Shown here one piece after another: positions 26,860-38,580 of a stretch of DNA of 64,000 nucleotides (positions within the stretch are counted from its first letter, which is position 1; every line of letters starts with the position of its first letter). This DNA is from Sphagnum compactum. Lineage: Eukaryota. The notes beneath the pieces were generated by a model. That model was given only the letters and a program-made list of their open reading frames with translations, had not been told where the DNA came from and did not search any database. The position numbers and the translations under genes were made by a program. Location: contig OZ234494.1 of NCBI GenBank assembly GCA_965153455.1, positions 6,820,001-6,884,000 on the forward strand, given 5' to 3'.

Positions 26860-27600
26860 CTGTGTAAAGGAATGGCAATGGTAGGGAAAGGTCCCAAGTC
26901 CAAAGGTTATGTTATTATAAGAAATATCAATTAGGGTGAACTAACACCTACAGTGCTGCCATCAATGAAAAAAAGTTGATGACCTTCAAAAAGTCATCCA
27001 CTATCCTTCCTTATTCACAATAGACTCAGAGGTTCACCAAAAAGTTGGTTTCTTAATAAGTTGAACCTTCAAGCTCTAGAATAATGTGTAGTTGGCAATT
27101 TTCTATGGAATGCTCTCATTTAATTGATTATTTCATAGTGTCAAAAATTGTAATTGTATCAAGTTACTAAACTCTTGAGGGAGGGTGTTCGAGAGTGCAT
27201 TATTTTCAAAATGGATCTCCACCAATTCCTACAATTGGGAAAGGGCCCAAAAAGTATGCTTCCAATCAAGTTATTGAAACTCAAGTAAAGTGTTTTCAAT
27301 TTTTAAAGCATGTTGAATTCATCAAGAAAGTGAACACATTATGAGAAATATCTAATTGTTGGATCAAGTAGAGTAATAGCCAAGCTCTACAGGAATAATT
27401 CTATGAAAATATTATTTTGTGCAATAGAATCATCTTAAGTTTATAAAGCTTCTTGAATCCAAGGGGATAGTCAAGTTATGCCCATTGAGAAACAATTCCC
27501 AAGCTCATGGGGTAGAGACTTTCGAACTAATTGTTTTGTAGATATAGATATTAAAGTTCATCAACCACAAATTTGGAGATGGTTCCAAACAACTAATGTA
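26860..27600 (+). mobile_element. Heavily decayed LINE (L1-type) reverse-transcriptase fragment
   Basis: Broken motifs occur in the expected order: MA..KGP..KG..YYKK, LIH, KMDL...Y..WE, EFIKKVNTL and KGI. Compare KSPGPDG..FYK / LIHK / KLDF.KAYD.V.W / FI..V..L. Confidence 0.4.
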
Positions 27601-28299
27601 GAGTAGAAAAACCATTAATATTTACACTCAAAACTATTAAATATTTTTTTATGTTTTGTATCATAATTTTTTATATAATAAATATATCTATAAAATAGAT
27701 GAAACACATCACCAAATATTTAAAGTTTGGTCATAAAATAGGGTGATATTTTTTTCTAACAATAAAACAATACATTATTATTAAACAAGGAAAGAATTCA
27801 ACTTACCACCAAATTCTATGGTAATTTGAATTGCACCCTATCTTTTTTATTTCACTAGAAGAAATATTGTCTATTTTGACCATATTTTTGTGACTACTAT
27901 GCAATTAATGTCCAAACCAACTAATTTTACAACTAGCAGTGTGTTAGTCCTACGTGCCCATGTAGTTGCAACTTGTTGTAATTGCATATGCAACTACAGA
28001 AAGGGTTGAACCAAATTCTAGTTGTTGATGTGACTACAACTTACGATTAATATGATTTTCCTTGAAAATGTAGATGAAAAGTGAACAATGTCATCCAATC
28101 TTGATTACATTCATAGATGAATGATAACATAGTTGTTTTTGCAACTACAAATGAAAGGTTTTTCAGTTGCAATAGTATATTCTACCACATGAACAAAGAA
28201 ACATAGACCACATATGGCAAACTTTGCTATTTCAATTGGATTATTATGCTTTCAATGTACCCATTCATGGGTCTTCTTTGCAATTATCCATGGGTCTTC

Positions 28300-29050
28300 C
28301 ATGATATAATATTTAATAGTTAATAATTTGTTAGAAGAGGCTATTATAACCTAGTTGGTAAACTAAGTTAATTAAGCTTAATAGGTTACATTAAACTAAA
28401 TAGGCCTATGTACATTGGTAGCCTAGCCTAGCTTGCATACTTAATTAATTGACTTAAGTTATCTATAGGTAATAGTAAGCTTGTTTATTAAGTCTAGCTA
28501 ATAGGCTAGGCTATGAAAGTTAGACCTAGTTAAGCTAGGTAAGCTAAGTAGGTAGTTGATAAGCTAGGTCATAAACCCTTTAGTAAACTAGGCAAGAGGT
28601 AATAAGTATGATAAGTAGTAGGTAGGTTTATTGGTTTATTGTGTGAATATATGATCATGTTTTCATATTAATTAATTAATTAATTAGGTTAAGTACTTAA
28701 TCAATTAATTAGTTAGGCTAGGTAGTAAGTAGAATAGGTACTAGTAGGTAGTAGGTAGGTAAGTAAGCTAAGCAAAAGGTATTTTATTTTGTGGATATGT
28801 CATTATTTTTTTGTATTAATTGATAAAATAATTAGTTATGTTAAACAATTAATTTATTAAATGTAGGGTAGGTAATTAATTTATTAGGTAGGCTAAGTAG
28901 TAGATGTAACCTAGGTAGTATGTAATAAATAGGATAGGTATTAGTAGGTAGTAGGTAGGTAGGTAAGTTAAGCAAAAGGTATTTTATTTTGTGGATATGT
29001 CATAATGTTTTTGTATTAATTGATTAATTAATTAGTTATGTTAAACAATT
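28300..29050. repeat. Low-complexity TAGGTAGGTAAG-rich tract with an internal direct repeat of about 110 bp
   Basis: TAGTAGGTAGTAGG...AGCAAAAGGTATTTTATTTTGTGGATATGTCAT...ATTAGTTATGTTAAACAATT at about 28742-28850 and 28942-29050. Confidence 0.7.
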
Positions 29051-30700
29051 CTTGGTGAGATTGGCTTTAACCAGAATTTGTATATTGGTTCCAAGCGGCT
29101 CCTTTTCTTGTATATCATTAATGGTTTCTTCAAACGAACATTGAAGCTTTTCCCCTTCTTGCCAATCCGCTAAGCTCTTGTTCTTGAGAGGTATTTTCTC
29201 CTTGAATACCACATTTTCAGGTATCTAACTATGGGTAGTTATTGCCAAAACCATGTTGACAACAACATCGTCCTTCTTGGGTGTAGTTGTCGTTGCCTTT
29301 TCCCTTAACATGGCCCAAGTTGCATCCTTATGAAAGTAATCCTAAATTTTATGTTCGACAAAATTGCAAATGAAGTAGTAATAAATGATGGAACTTCATT
29401 TGTTCACTTCTTCGCGACTTGTTTTGTTACTATCTTTATTTCCTGTACCACTAGGTTGCGCCGAAACTCCATTCACTGCTACCTCCTTTTTGTCATTGAG
29501 TTTGTTGTTCGAGTTGTTGGATTTTGATGGCAACGCTCCTTGGAAGGTCTTGGTTTATTGCATTGATTGTAAATCACATATGTTATCTTTCCTTCACGAG
29601 CCTTCTCTCATTTGGTTGGTGTTTCCAACAATTTTTGGTATTCATTGGTGTTTCGCAAAAAAAAATTCATAAGTGACTACAACTTCCTTGTGTTTGAAGA
29701 AGGTGTCCCTATTCATCCCCATTGTGGCTATCCAAAGATATGGTTATAAACCTGTTCAAAAGAAAGTGGTTAGCAAACTATCATCTTTTTTATGTTGAAG
29801 GTAATTTGCTATTTTAAGTATACGTTCATAGTATACTTTCGCCTTTTCATCTCCACCTTGCTTTATCACTCACAATGCCATGTACACTTATTCATCCATT
29901 TGTACTTTCAGTAATGCTTACAAAATGCAGGCTCCAGCTTTTCAAATCTGCAAACTAGATGGGCTTTCATAGAATTTTTTCCCCACTTGGATATGGCATT
30001 ACAAAATGTAAAACAAAACATATTGATGATATTAGCATCATTACTTTCTCCATTGGCCTAAATAGTCTTGCAAAAAATGCGTACATGAACATCTAGACCT
30101 GTTCCCGCAGTGTCAATGGGGTAGGGTAAGGATTTTCTACTTGGTGGTGGATTTGGTGTTACAAGGAGTTGGACAAGATACCAAGCAGGGTACCACGGAT
30201 TCTAGGTAGGCCCTATCCATGGCCTTGCTAGTCCTATAGCATTTGGTCTTGGATTTTGGTTTCCCAAGTGTCCATTACCACCACCTCCTTGAAGACCACT
30301 ATCACCACCTCCTAGAGGATTGCTACCACCACCTCCTAGAGGTCTACCTATTGGAGGCTTGTTACCACCTCTGTCAAAGGGTTCACTAATGCTATTGTTG
30401 ATAGGTACAGTTCGTCCACTAATCGACAATCTACTAGCATCTCCAATAAGGGATGGTTTTCCCTTCCGGTCCTGGTACGATTTTTCGATAGGAACAATTT
30501 GTGACATTCTAGGGTTGTGTTTTCTTTCACAGTAGTCTTTATCCTCATCTAAAGGCTCCCCATGATTTATTACAATATCAGCTTGTGCAATTCTTGAAAC
30601 TAGTTTTAGTGATGTCGTGGGGTTAGTTAAAGGATCGAACATAGGAAGTCACATTGTAGGAACACTCCCTATGCCCCGTAACCAGAACTAAAATATGGTG
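29050..30700 (-). mobile_element. Ty3/gypsy gag-region remnant
   Basis: A Gly/Pro-rich stretch (ORF 30202-30642), then stop-broken HVRIFCKTI*ANGE...IINMFCFT...IKQGGDEK..YYERILK (retrotransposon gag), and a decayed zinc knuckle (QCNKP..SKERC) near 29560. Confidence 0.65.
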
Positions 30701-30759
30701 TATAGGGTCCAACATGAGGATACACACTATGAGAAAATATAAGGTTTTACAATTAAGCT

Positions 30760-33300
30760 TGCGATTGGGTTTTCTAGTTGCAACATACATTTACAACTCA
30801 TGGTATTTATACAGGCTTGAATGCTAATGAACAAGTTGCAATAGTTGCAGTGAACACCCTATATTGTAAACGATATCGTATATATGGTGCAACTCACATG
30901 CAACTATATGCAACTTCTTTGCAAGTAATCTCCACGTCATATTTTCACACACATTCTAACGTGGCGAACGAAATGCCAACATGGTTTTTCATCCATTTGT
31001 TGGCAGATGATGTATGTTAATACCTTTTGCAACTTATTTACAACTATTCTATAACTAGTTTGATGAATATAATTTTTAATTATTTCATTCATCCATTTGA
31101 TGAATGAATTTTGTTTTTATATTTTATAATTTATCTACAATTATTTTACAATTAATTCAACAAATACATTCTTTCATTATTTCATTCATCCATTTGACAA
31201 ATGGATTTTAAATATCCATATCTTTTGCAACTTATTTACAACTATTTTATAACTAGTCTAATAAATACATTTTTAAATTATTTCATTCATCCATTTGAGC
31301 AATGAATTATGTTCCTATCCTTTGCAACTAACTTATAATTAAAAATGAAATGAAAAAAATAAATTAGTGATTAATTTGCAAGTAGGTGTTTAAGTTTGGG
31401 TTTCAAAACAATTATATGGTAGTTGCAAAACAACTTACAATGCAATTATACAAATTTCACATAACCATTATCATGTTGTCCTAATTATAATAGATAATTT
31501 TGTATTGCATTGGACATCACTATTTATAAACATGAAATGGATTTGAAACTTTAAATAGATTTACATTCCATGTTGAAGAATACATTACAAGAAACATTAA
31601 AAAATGTTTCTATTAGAAGGTCATTTAACTATGAATCTAAATATAATGCTTAAGCTATTTATAACAAACATTTTTCTCTATCTAAACAAAAGGTCAGATC
31701 ATAAAAATGATGACCCACAATAATCAAATATTGTCATTTAAAACACTATGTTTCATAAATAAATGTTTTTTTTTTTTGTTGAAATGGAACTTGAACCATG
31801 CAATTTCTTCAATCCACCTTATTTGTTTGAAATCTGCCATGTTATGTTATTTAGTTCCACATGTGAAATGAAATCATTAGCATATCATAACATTATTATG
31901 TCAAAAATATCTAAATAATCCCTTCAACTTGAATAAAATTAGTTTACAACTATATTACCATTAACATGTAACTTATTTGTCATTAAATGCAACATATGTA
32001 GAACATTGCTCAAACTATAACTTGTACACTTGCAAATAAAATCAGATATCGTGCTTACAATTAGGTAAATTGAATTACAATTTTAGGTACTTTTGAAAGA
32101 ATTTTACCTTGTATACATAATTTCGATGTTAATGGATTGAAACATAATGAAAGTTCAACCTTATAACATAAAAACAACAAAAGTCACAAATGTTCAAACA
32201 CAAAACAAGACATATGTAACATGATTATCATTCAAAAATCACCTTTCTTAAATCTCTCATCATTATAAGTTAAACTAAACTTGTACAATCAACTTCTAAA
32301 TAAAATGGAATATATTTTCACATCATTTTTCTTTAATATATGCAAACAAACAAAAGACTAAAAATCGACATAAACCTTCAACATCTAAGAGTAAAAGTAA
32401 GAACCTTCAACATCCAAAAACAAAAATAAGAACCTTAAATATCCAAGAGTAAAAGCAAGAACTTTCAACATTTAAAACCAAAAGTAAGAACTTTGAACAT
32501 CCAAGAGTAAGAACAATAACTTTTAACATCAAAAAGTAAAAGTAAGAACCTTCAACATCTAAAAGTATGAGCAAGAACATTCAACATTCAAAAGAACCAA
32601 CAAAAACCTTCAACATTCAAAAGAAAAAGTAAAAACCTTCAACCTCTCTAAGAATAGGAACCTTCAACCTCTCTAAGAGTAAAGACAAAAACCTTCAACC
32701 TCTAAGAACAAAAGCAAAAGCTTTCAACCTCTCTAAGAACAAAAACAAGACCTTCAACCTCTAAGAGCAAAAACAAAAGCCCATACACATAAGTGCATGA
32801 AGGTCATTGATGCATTAGGGCAGATTTGTTGATATACTGCCATGTGTCACTTGCTTAAAGGTTTCCCGCCCAAATTTCAAATTTAAGTTGAAATATAGTT
32901 GCATACTAATTGCAAACAAGTTGAAATGCCATATATGTTGGGTGGTTGAAATGTATACACGTGGCACGATCGTATGTGTTACTCAAAGCCATACATTTGT
33001 TGCAAAGTAGTTGTTGATTACTAATTAAATTTATCATAGTTGTGATGTAGTTGTTACATGCGACTAAAGTGCAACTTGTCAACAAAGTCAAACATGGTTG
33101 ACTACAACCATATATACAATGTGTACATTGTATTGTATCGATATACATCTTGCAACTAATTTGCAACTACAATACAACTCCTTGATTTTATGATGTGGCA
33201 TTTTATTTATTAATTCGTCGTATTTCCATGGGACAGTTGCAATGCAGTTGTACATTGATTATTTTGGAACTCTAGTTGTAGGGTAATTTTATTGCCGCAG
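30760..33300. repeat. AT-rich dispersed repeat rich in GCAACTA/TAGTTGC words, with a related block at about 27900-28250
   Basis: Dense TTGCAACTA / TAGTTGCAA words and repeated TTATTTCATTCATCCATTTGA (about 31080, 31157 and 31277). No ORF. Confidence 0.45.
32373..32780. repeat. Minisatellite with a unit of about 29 bp, about 14 copies
   Basis: AACCTTCAACATCCAAGAGTAAAAGTAAG consensus, drifting to AACCTTCAACCTCTCTAAGA... in the later copies. Confidence 0.9.
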
Positions 33301-34070
33301 ACACAATTTTTCATAGTGACATTGAATTTGAAAAACCTACTAGATTTTGTTCCATGACATTTCCAATAAATGGAACAAAAACAAGTGGAATAACTAATTC
33401 TCTACAAGCTACATTTGGTAATGCTGAACAATAAACTAGATTCTGAATATTTGAAACCAACACAAAAACGACACATGTCATGTGCAGTCCTTGGAAAATG
33501 ACTTTTACCTTAAGGGCCTTAGCTCCTTTGACCGTGTTTTCACCCAAATCCAAGTTCCATCAATACTTAAACCCCATGATTAATATAAATTATAAATGTG
33601 GAATGGGTTCATTAAATGATGCATGAGCTTGATCATACATCATGCATCATGAAATAAATTGTTGAACCTCCAACTGCATGTCTCTCCACCGATATTGGCC
33701 TTGAAGCAAACTGTAGGTATGTCGTACCCCAAAATGTCTTAGCTCCTTTCAGGCATGTCTCACAATGTTTTCTTGCAATTCTGAATGTGGTACCGTTCAT
33801 ACATGGCCATTTGGCCAAATTCAAAGAAGGTGTTATCCTTTTCAATGGTATCTTTTGACCTTTTGAAAAACTCGATCCTTTTCCTTGGATGTCAAACCCC
33901 ACATCCCATTCCTTTGTTTGTAGGTAGGTCAACATTTGGGCTTCCCCATAAATGTCCATAGGTCTAATGTCACTAGGTTTTAGTTCTAAAGGGTGAAAGG
34001 ACAATATGGTGACCTGTTTGGGATGTCACATCATACTACTTTCCAAGGATGTGCATGTTTGAATGTATCC

Positions 34071-34343
34071 CACCTCAAACTTTTGAAAGAATTTCAAAAT
34101 ATTTTGACGAATTATGTTAAAATATAACCTACATAAGATATAACTAGCACAAATTTTGAATATCACAAAATTTCAATAGAATCCGTGTGGTGAAAATTGT
34201 AAAACAATATGTCTATGCAAAATCTATGGGCTTCAAAATGTAAAAATGTGACATTCAAAATTTGTGCTAGTTATATCTTGTGTAGGTTATATTTTAACAT
34301 AATTTGTCAAAATATTTTGAAATTCTTTCAAAAGTTTGAAGTG
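34071..34343. repeat. Long inverted repeat with 97-bp arms and a 79-bp spacer
   Basis: 34071-34167 is the reverse complement of 34247-34343 with 4 differences counted, all transitions. Confidence 0.92.
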
Positions 34344-35644
34344 TATATATATATAATAAAATTATATATATAATTTTTATATAAATAATATGTTTTTTTT
34401 ACTTATGATGTCTTGATGTGAAGCACATACGATTTACATTTAAACTAAATTAGTGCAATTATCGTGATGTAATTTTACATAAAACTATGCGATTTTTGTG
34501 TATTAAATATGAACATTCACATATGTCATTCAAAAACAATGTCTTATCCATTTAAATATGTACAAATATCGTTCATATTAACCATAACATGGAATTCATG
34601 TGATTTTTGTATGGACTTATGAAAACCATATTTTGCACAAAATTTGTATAAACCTATAAGAGCCGGTAAGTTTGTGATGATGGGCCCTATGTAGGCTCCA
34701 CTTGCATTATGAATAAGCCCCAAATAACCCTCAGTAACCCTTAAATAACCCCTAAATATTTATAACCTAAGAAATCCCTATCTAACTTCATAGGTAGGTT
34801 CTATGTAACCGTTTAAATAACCTTTTTGGTAATCTTTATGTAGTCCTTAAATAGTCCTTAGATTTCCCATAAGTAGGCCCTTACATAGACACACGCAAAA
34901 CACAAGAAATGTGAGAAAATTCAATTCATTTTGGGATGAGGGAGAAATTTGAATTTCTTCCTCTGTTAGTTCTCTTTGGCACAATCCCATCTTGTATTTT
35001 GACTACTGTCCTCAATTTCATTGAAACCTAGGGTTGTGTGGTCTTGGATTTTATTGTCTTTGCAAATAACTTAATTGTGTAGATATATTTCAGAAATATA
35101 TGATGCACACCATGCAAATGTAAATCCGAAAATATGCATGGTAGAAAGTGTAAGTGTAAAAGCTTGAGCATGTAATTGTCAGGACATTTTTCTCATTAAG
35201 TTGTGATCCGACATTTTGTGATCATAGTGCATTTTGAATTCAATTTTTTTTCCAACTCTAATCACATGCATCTCATACCTCTACAGTTTAGACATTGATC
35301 AAAATACAGAATTGGATCGACATTTGTGATTCAAACTATGCTGGCTTAGAAAATGATATTTGTCATTTCTTTTGATGGGAACATATGTTATTTAGAAAAT
35401 CACAATCACTTTCAATGTCCTAATATTAATATCCTACATACTAAATATTTCAACCACTTCCCATTATTTTGTTGTTAACTTGCAGAAGTCCAAAATTGTG
35501 ATGACAATATGATACTGAAAACTAAATTATACATACTAGATCCTTAAAAATTTACACATGTGATTTTACACAGGATGTAAAACAACAATTTACACCTACA
35601 CACATAACATTGCTACATAGTAGAAGCATTTAAATCTCCACATG

Positions 35645-35696
35645 ACCTTGAACTTGGTGCCAAAGCTGAGACCTTGAACTTGGTGCCAAAGCTGAG
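35645..35696. repeat. Exact 25-bp tandem duplication
   Basis: GACCTTGAACTTGGTGCCAAAGCTGA occurs twice in succession. Confidence 0.85.
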
Positions 35697-36153
35697 CAAA
35701 GCATGCTCAGAATATATGTCTGGCAGCAACAGGGTTTAGGATTATTCCGACAGCTTACAATCATCATCAAAAAGAGGTCATGGCTGAAAGGAAGTCTAAA
35801 GAGGCAGCTTCTTGAGTTTATTAGTTTTTGCAACAACTCAAAAGCGTATGATGAACTCTCTTCTGTCTAGCTTTGTAAGTACAATGAAGGGACAGGCAGT
35901 TAGTATGAGAGAGATGCAATTTTCCAAAAGCCTTGGAAAGCAAGCCACATACTACCGTAAAGCACTGCCTGGATTTTTCCTTTGTATTTTCAGCTCCCTT
36001 ACCAGCCTAAAGAAACGTGTTTTCAGCAAGCGCGATCTTCTGTGGTGAAAGGTACATACCAGCCAGGCTCTACTGGGATCTTCTGGCCAACAGAAGGTAC
36101 CAGCCAACCTGTCACTATTTCTAAAAAGTGAAAAAATCCAAGCTCTGATCTCA

Positions 36154-36271
36154 GTAGGAAAAGGACCTGAGTACAGGCCCTTCTGTGATTTTCGACCTGT
36201 TCCCTCGGCCTACCGGCCTGGGACACAGATCTCAAATCACTGAAGGGCCTGTACTGAGGCCCTTCTCCTAC
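36154..36271 (-). ncRNA. Candidate miRNA precursor hairpin A
   Basis: 118-nt fold-back with a 38-bp outer stem carrying only 4 differences, plus an inner stem closing a 4-nt loop. Three of the mismatches become G:U pairs only on the minus strand. Confidence 0.65.
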
Positions 36272-38423
36272 ACTTAGCATATGCCTGGGGTTGAGTTTCT
36301 GCTGAAAGGAGATCCTAGTCTAGAGACAGAAGCTTTTGTTCAAAACCGAGAACCTATTTACTGACAGCCACTTTTCAGGTAAGTTAAAAAGTTTTACAAT
36401 TGTAGAGACTGTGGTTGAATCACTAAACTCAACAATAAATAAATAAATAAATAAAAATTAGTTAACTAAGAAACACGTCATCTCTTTTTGTAGAGGGCCA
36501 AGTCCACCTAACAAAAAGGCTAAAGGAACACACAAGATCCACTTTGTATTAAAAGCATAAACAAATCAATCCATATAAAAGAAACATTAACAAACAATGC
36601 ATAGGAAACCTGAACAAATTGGCAATAGAAGTTGGACAACCCAAAAATTGCAATGATGTACCTATAGCAATTCTTGTAAGAGCAAATGTTAGTAAAGGAG
36701 TTTCGAAAGGGTATGTAAGAGTTTTGTTCAAGACAGCTATAATAATGGATAAAAATGAAATGTAAGATCAAATATAGTTAATAATAGTCAGACATAATTA
36801 AAAGCAATCCATCATAACCGCGTGCATTGCAAACTATGGAAAAATGCATATATGTATAGAGGCTATATAATGATTTTGGCATATACTTACTTTATTTTGC
36901 TCACTCTCAAAGCAATTAGCAGTGCAGGTGCTGATTCACCCAAGGCATACCTATGGTTATGGTGTTGGTGCTTTTTGCTTTTCAGCCAGCCCCTTGTGGC
37001 GGTACTCCTAGTATACCTCGGCGAGTCAGCACATACCATGGCAAAAACTAAACACCCCAAAGTTTTTTGAGCTGCTTCTAGACATTACAAATATATACTA
37101 TCACATATAGTAAAGGACGTCGGGATGAAATGAAGCTAATTATTCAGGTAATCTCTAAGTCCTCCTATTCCCTCCTCCAAGCTTCTTCAGGTAGCTTGCT
37201 TTAGTACAGTCAGCCAGGTCAAGTGAAAAGTGAACAGCCCACTCTCCACACCAAACACAAGTTGAAAAAAAAACCCCCCCTCCCATGACGGTTGCATGGA
37301 AATTCCATTCCTAAATTTGGGTGCCACTAGTTTTGGCCTGGATTAATAGCTCTTCCTAAGAAGGACCTACCTACCTACCTATTACTTTTGATGTAGTAGA
37401 AGAAGAAGAAGACATGTGAGTGAATCTGCTTTTTTCCTTTCTTTCTTTTTCTAATGAAACTTCTTAGGCAAAAGGAGATGTAAGTTAGGTACCTGTTGTT
37501 GTTCTTTATTGAGGAGCTGTTTCCCAAATCCTTTCCAACCTGCTTGACAAATTGGGTGGGTGATGATGAGGATGACTTTGTCAGCTTTTCCCAAAGTCTT
37601 CCCAAACCTGCTTGACAAATTGGGTGTGATGGTAACCAATTGGGTGCCTGACAAATTGACAAGTTGGGTCATGAACTTATTAGGTACCTATTAGACATGG
37701 CATAGATCACAATTTCCTGGCTGAAGCTCCAATACACCTATTTTTCCAGCTCACATTTCTGAGCACTTCTGTCAAATGTCCCTTATTAATGTTATATATA
37801 AGCCAGTGTTGGTGGGTATGTGAATCTTTAATGACCTCTGGTCCCAGTTTTTTGCAACAATTTGGAAATGAAATACTTGAATGATTTCGACATAAATCAA
37901 AATAACTTTTGATTTGTCAAATTTTTGAAATTTTATTTATTGCTTGTGGTCGAAATTTTAATAACATTAAGAATGAGCAAAATTTCAACAGTCAGGTTTG
38001 AACCACAGACCTTAAAGTACGGGGACTTCAGACTATTCTAGGCACACTTGAAGTGGTTGTATATTTTTTAATAACTGTGACCTGCCAAAATTTTCAGAAT
38101 TAAAAAATCAAGTGTCGAACTTAAGATTTAAAATTTAATTAATTATTCGACACTTTGTTGCCAAAGACTCCAATCAGGGAGTACAGTAACCTCCAGATCA
38201 AGAGTCCAGATTGTTCTGGTTATTTATACAAAGTTTCAAAATCAAAGAACCACCACCCCCTATATGATTTATTTCTTTGAAAATTCTCATAATAAAAAAT
38301 CAAACTTTTTCACAAGATAACTTACAAACAACCCCCAGTTTATATTTTATTTCTTTAAATGGTGATTTTTCTTCTTCAAAGTTAAGAAATTTTAGTCTTA
38401 TTGTAGTTTTTTAGTCACCAAAT

Positions 38424-38580
38424 TTCGCAAAAAAAATCACCAGATTCTATCCTAAGTTCCTGCAGGTAGCCAAAATTTATAGAAGGTTGCTAGATTTTTT
38501 AAAACTTTTATATTTTCTTATTGCCAAATCTGGCTAAATCATCTTATTGATGATTCCACATTGGCTACATCACAAAATTC
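38424..38580. repeat. Short dispersed repeat family, with further copies at about 40560-40750, 44585-44860 and 51540-51780
   Basis: Shared core GGTAGCCAAAA..TATAG...CCAAAT.TGGCTAAATCA...TTGGCTACATCACAAA.TTG. Confidence 0.7.

Noticed and set aside
32373-32780. CRISPR-like array (also considered for 9031-9205 and 60081-60270)
   Set aside because: The units are contiguous tandem copies without unique spacers, there are no cas genes, and the context is eukaryotic.
36023-36280. 85-aa ORF across hairpin A
   Set aside because: No recognisable domain, and the sequence is better explained by the fold-back. A miPEP-like peptide cannot be excluded.
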